Positions 60,201 through 64,000 of a stretch of DNA of 64,000 bases are shown here, piece by piece (the stretch's first letter is position 1; every line of letters starts with the position of its first letter). The stretch lies in assembly GCA_964016885.1 (NCBI GenBank), contig OZ024743.1:219790001-219854000 (forward strand), written 5' to 3'. The stretch comes from Eledone cirrhosa. Taxonomy: Eukaryota. The position numbers were made by a program, and so were the translations under genes. The notes beneath the pieces are model-generated. The model searched no databases and was not told the DNA's origin. It saw nothing but the letters and a program-made list of their open reading frames with translations.

Positions 60201-63200
60201 AACGCCAGATAGAATGTTGTATGAACGCCAGATAGAATGTTGTTAGAACCCCAGATAGAATGTTGTTAGAACGCCAGATAGAATGTTGTTAGAACGCCAG
60301 ATAGAATGTTGTATGAACGCCAGGTAGAATGTTGTATGAACGCCAGATAGAATGTTGTTAGAACCCCAGATAGAATGTTGTTAGAACGCCAGATAGAATG
60401 TTGTTAGAACGCCAGATAGAATGTTGTATGAACGCCGGATATAATGTTGTATGAACGCCAGATAGAATTTTGTTAGAAAGCCGAATAGAATGTTGTTAGA
60501 ACGTCAGATAGAATGTTGTTAGAACGCCAGATAGAATGTTGTATGAACGCCAGATAGAATGTTGTATGAACGCCAGATAGAATGTTGTTAGAACGCCAGA
60601 TAGAATGTTGTTAGAACGCCAGATAGAATGTTGTATGAACGCCGGATATAATGTTGTATGAACGCCAGATAGAATGTTGTTAGAACGCCAGATAGAATGT
60701 TGTATGAACACCGGATAGAATGCTGTTAGAACGCCGAATAGAATGTTGTTAGAACGCCAGATAGAATGTTGTATGAACGCCAGTTAGAATGTTGTTAGAC
60801 CGCCACATAGAATGTTGTATGAACGCCAGATAGAATGTTGTATGAACGCCAGATAAAATGTTGTTAGAACGCCGAATAGAATGTTGTGAGAACGACAGAT
60901 AGAATATTGTACGAACGCCGGATAGAATGTTGTTAGAACGCCGAATAGAATGTTGTTAGAACGCCAGATAAAATGTTGTATGAACGCCAGATAGAATGTT
61001 GTTAGAACGCCAGATAGAATGCTGTTAGAACGCCAGATAGAATGCTGTTAGAACGCCAGATAGAATGTTTTATGAACGCCAGATAGAATGTTGTTAGAAC
61101 GCCGAATAGAATGTTGTATGAACGCCAGATAAAATGTTGTATGAACGCCAGATAGAATGTTTTATGAACGCCAGATAGAATGTTTTATGAACGCCAGATA
61201 AAATGTTTTATGAACGCCAGATAGAATGTTTTATGAACGCCAGATAGAATGTTGTTAGAACGCCAGATAGAATGTTGTTAGAACGCCAGATAGAACTTCG
61301 TTAGAACACCAGATAGAATGTTGTTAGAATGCCAGATAGAATGTCGTTAGAACGCCGGATAGAATGTTGTATGAACGCCAGATAAAATGTTGTTAGAACT
61401 CCGGATAGAACGTTGTTAGAACGCCAGATAGAATGTTCTTAGAACGCCAGATAGAATGTTGTATGAACGCCAGATAGAATGTTGTTAGAACGCCAGATAG
61501 AATGTTGTCTGAACGCCAGCTAGAATGTTGTTAGAACGCCAGATAGAATTTTGTATGAACGCCAGATAGAACGTTGTTAGAACGCCAGATAGAATGTTGT
61601 ATGAACGCCAGATAGAATGTTGTATGAACGCCAGATAGAATGTTGTATGAACGCCAGATAGAATGTTGTATGAACGCCAGATAGAATGTTGTTAGAACGC
61701 CGAATAGAATGTTGTTAGAACGCCAGATAGAATGTTGTATGAACGCCAGATAGAATGTTGTATGAACGTCATATAGAATGTTGCATGAACGCCGGATAGA
61801 ATGTTGTATGAATGCCAGATAGAATGTTGCATGAACGCCAGATAGAATATTGTATGAACGCCAGATAGAACGTTGTATGAACGCCAGATAGAATATTGTA
61901 TGAACGCCAGATAGAACGTTGTTAGAACGACAGATAGAATGTTGTTAGAACGCCGAATAGAATGTAGTGAGAACGACAGATAGAATATTGTACGAACGCC
62001 GGATAGAATGTTGTTAGAACGCCGAATAGAATGTTGTTAGAACGCCAGATAGAATGTTGTATGAACGCCAGTTAGAATGTTGTTAGAACGCCAGATAGAA
62101 TGCTGTTAGAACGCCAGATAAAATGTTGTATGAACGCCAGATAGAATGTTATTAGAACGCCACATAGAATGTTGTTAGAACGCCTGATAGAATGTTGTAT
62201 GAACGCCAGATAGAATGTTGTATGAACGCCAGATAGAATGTTTTATGAACGCCAGAGAGAATGTGGTATGAACGCCAGATAGAATGTTGTTAGAACACCA
62301 GATAGAATGTCGTTAGAACGCCAGATAGAACGTCGTTAGAACACCAGATAGAATGTTGTTAGAACGCCAGATAGAATGTTGTATGAACGCCAGATAGAAT
62401 GTTGTATGAACGCCAGTTAGAATGTTGTTAGAACGCCAGATAGAATGTTGTATGAACACCGGATATAATGTTGTTAGAACGCCGAATAGAATGTTGTTAG
62501 AACGCCAGATAGAATGTTGTATGAACGCCAGATAGAATGTTGTTAAAACGCCAGATAGAATGTTGTTAAAACGCCAGATAGAATGTTGTTAGAACGCCAC
62601 ATAGAATGTTGTTAGAACGCCAGATAGAATGATGTATGAACGCCAGATAGAATGTTGTATGAACACCAGATAGAACGTTGTTAGAACGCCGAATAGAATG
62701 TTGTCAGAACGCCAGATAGAATGTTCTTAGAACGCCAGAGAGAATGTTGTATGAACACCAGATAGAATGTTGTATGAACGCCAGATTGAATGTTGTTAGA
62801 ACGCCAGATAGAATTTTGTTAGAACGCCAGATAGAATGATGTATGAACGCCAGATAGAATGTTGTATGAACGCGAGATAGAACGTTGTTAGAACGCTAGA
62901 TAGAATGTTGTATGAACACGGGATAGAACGTTGTTAGAACGCCGAATAGAATGTTGTTAGAACGACAGATAGAATATTGTACGAACGCCGGATAGAATGT
63001 TGTTAGAACGCCGAATAGAATGTTGTTAGAACGCCAGATAGAATATTGTATGAACGCCAGTTAGAATGTTGTTAGAACGCCAGATAGAATGCTGTTAGAA
63101 CGCCAGATAGAATGCTGTTAGAACGCCAGATAAAATGTTGTATGAACGCCAGATAGAATGTTGTTACAACGCCAGATAGAATGTTGTTAGAACGCCAGAT

Positions 63201-64000
63201 AGAACTTTGTTAGAACGCCAGATAGAATGATGTATGAACGCCAGATAAAATGTTGTATGAACGCCAGATAGAATGATCTGAAAACGCTAGATAGAATGTT
63301 GTTAGAACACCAGATAGAATGTTGTGTGAACGCCAGATAGAATGTTGTATGAACGTCAGATAGAATATTCTTAGAACGCCAAATAGAATGTTCTTAGAAC
63401 GCCAGATAGAATGTTGTATGAACGCCAGATAGAATGTTGTTAGAACGCCGAATAGAATGTTGTTATAACGCCAGATAGAATGTTGTATGAACGCCATATA
63501 GAATGTTGTATGAACGCCGGATGGAATGTTGTATGAACGCCAGATAGAATGTTGTTAGAACGCCAGATAGAATGTTGTATGAACGCCAGATAGAATGTTG
63601 TTAGAACGCCAGATAGAATTTTGTTAGGACGCCAGATAGAATGTTATTAGTACGCCAGATAGAATGTTGTATGAATGCCAGATAGAATGTTGTTAGAACA
63701 CCAGATAGAATGTTGTTAGAACGCCAGATAGAATGTTGTATGAACGCCAGACAGAATGTTGTTACAACACCAGATAGAATGTTGTTAGAACCCCAGACAG
63801 AATGTTGTATGAACGCCAGATAGAATATTGTATGAACGCCAGATAGAACGTTGTATGAACGCCAGATAGAATATTGTATGAACGCCAGATAGAATGTTGT
63901 TAGAACGCCGAATAGAATGTTGTTAGAACGCCAGATAGAATGTTGTATGAACGCCAGATAGAATGTTGTTAGAACGCCAGATAGAATGCTGTTAGAACGC
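56490..64000. repeat. Tandem duplication, unit 5,016 bp (218 monomers + 2 bp); second copy starts ~61506 and runs off the window
   Basis: Identical ORFs 58194..58481 and 63210..63497. GTCTGAACGCCAGCTAG occurs at 56491/61507. Two +1 insertions (GAAAGGTTG near 59130 and 59200) account for the extra 2 bp. Confidence 0.93.

Larger units (their letters stand above)
1..64000. repeat. 23-bp tandem satellite array, consensus GAACGCCAGATAGAATGTTGT(AT/TA), about 2,780 monomers, single orientation, extends beyond both window edges
   Basis: The 23-mer is read directly on every line from 1 to 64000. Most copies differ from consensus by 0-3 substitutions, indels are rare, and I saw no non-repeat sequence. 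Confidence 0.99.

Noticed and set aside
1-64000. CRISPR array (23 bp is within the CRISPR repeat size range)
   Set aside because: Repeats abut directly with no unique spacers, leader or cas genes.
1-64000. Long-unit yeast telomeric repeat (Candida-type 23-mers)
   Set aside because: It does not resemble the Candida/Kluyveromyces units I recall. A 64-kb length, many variants and kb-scale duplications do not fit telomerase-templated tracts.
1-64000. Relationship to human satellite II/III (GGAAT/GAATG pentamers)
   Set aside because: There is only one GAATG per 23 bp and no pentamer periodicity.
1-64000. AT/TA pattern as an information-bearing code or antigenic-variation cassette store
   Set aside because: No recombinase, expression locus or fixed periodicity is visible, and duplication history adequately explains the pattern. 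It is kept only as a descriptive finding.
1-64000. Rolling-circle, concatemer or synthetic artefact
   Set aside because: Rare variants recur in shared, hierarchically nested patterns with diverged copies, which indicates descent rather than random error. Individual near-identical duplications still need read validation.
1-64000. Embedded transposon, inversion, tRNA/rRNA, or hairpin/G-quadruplex
   Set aside because: I saw no non-monomer sequence or reverse-complement monomers (CATTCTATCTGGCG) on the plus strand. The monomer has no G-runs or substantial palindrome.

Overview
The whole 64-kb window is one uninterrupted, head-to-tail tandem satellite array of a 23-bp monomer, consensus GAACGCCAGATAGAATGTTGT[AT/TA] (about 2,780 copies, 39% GC). 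I saw no inversion, unique spacer or transposon, and both window edges lie inside the array. I cannot support any gene, RNA gene, CRISPR array or mobile element. Every listed ORF is on the minus strand and is explained by the monomer: three monomers (69 nt) give the 23-aa period FIQHSIWRSYNILSGVHTTFYLA, and ORFs end at the TAA supplied by the TA-type monomer. The real structure is internal. (i) The monomer looks like an old 12+11-bp dimer. (ii) There is a roughly balanced two-state AT/TA polymorphism. (iii) Rare variants occur in fixed multi-monomer cassettes and regional domains. (iv) There are nested recent tandem duplications or higher-order repeats (HORs) with offsets of about 0.97, 1.518, 3.164, 3.348, 3.445, 4.986 and 5.016 kb. 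This resembles eukaryotic heterochromatic or centromeric satellite DNA, but organism and function cannot be determined from the sequence. I found no evidence for a novel protein-coding system.
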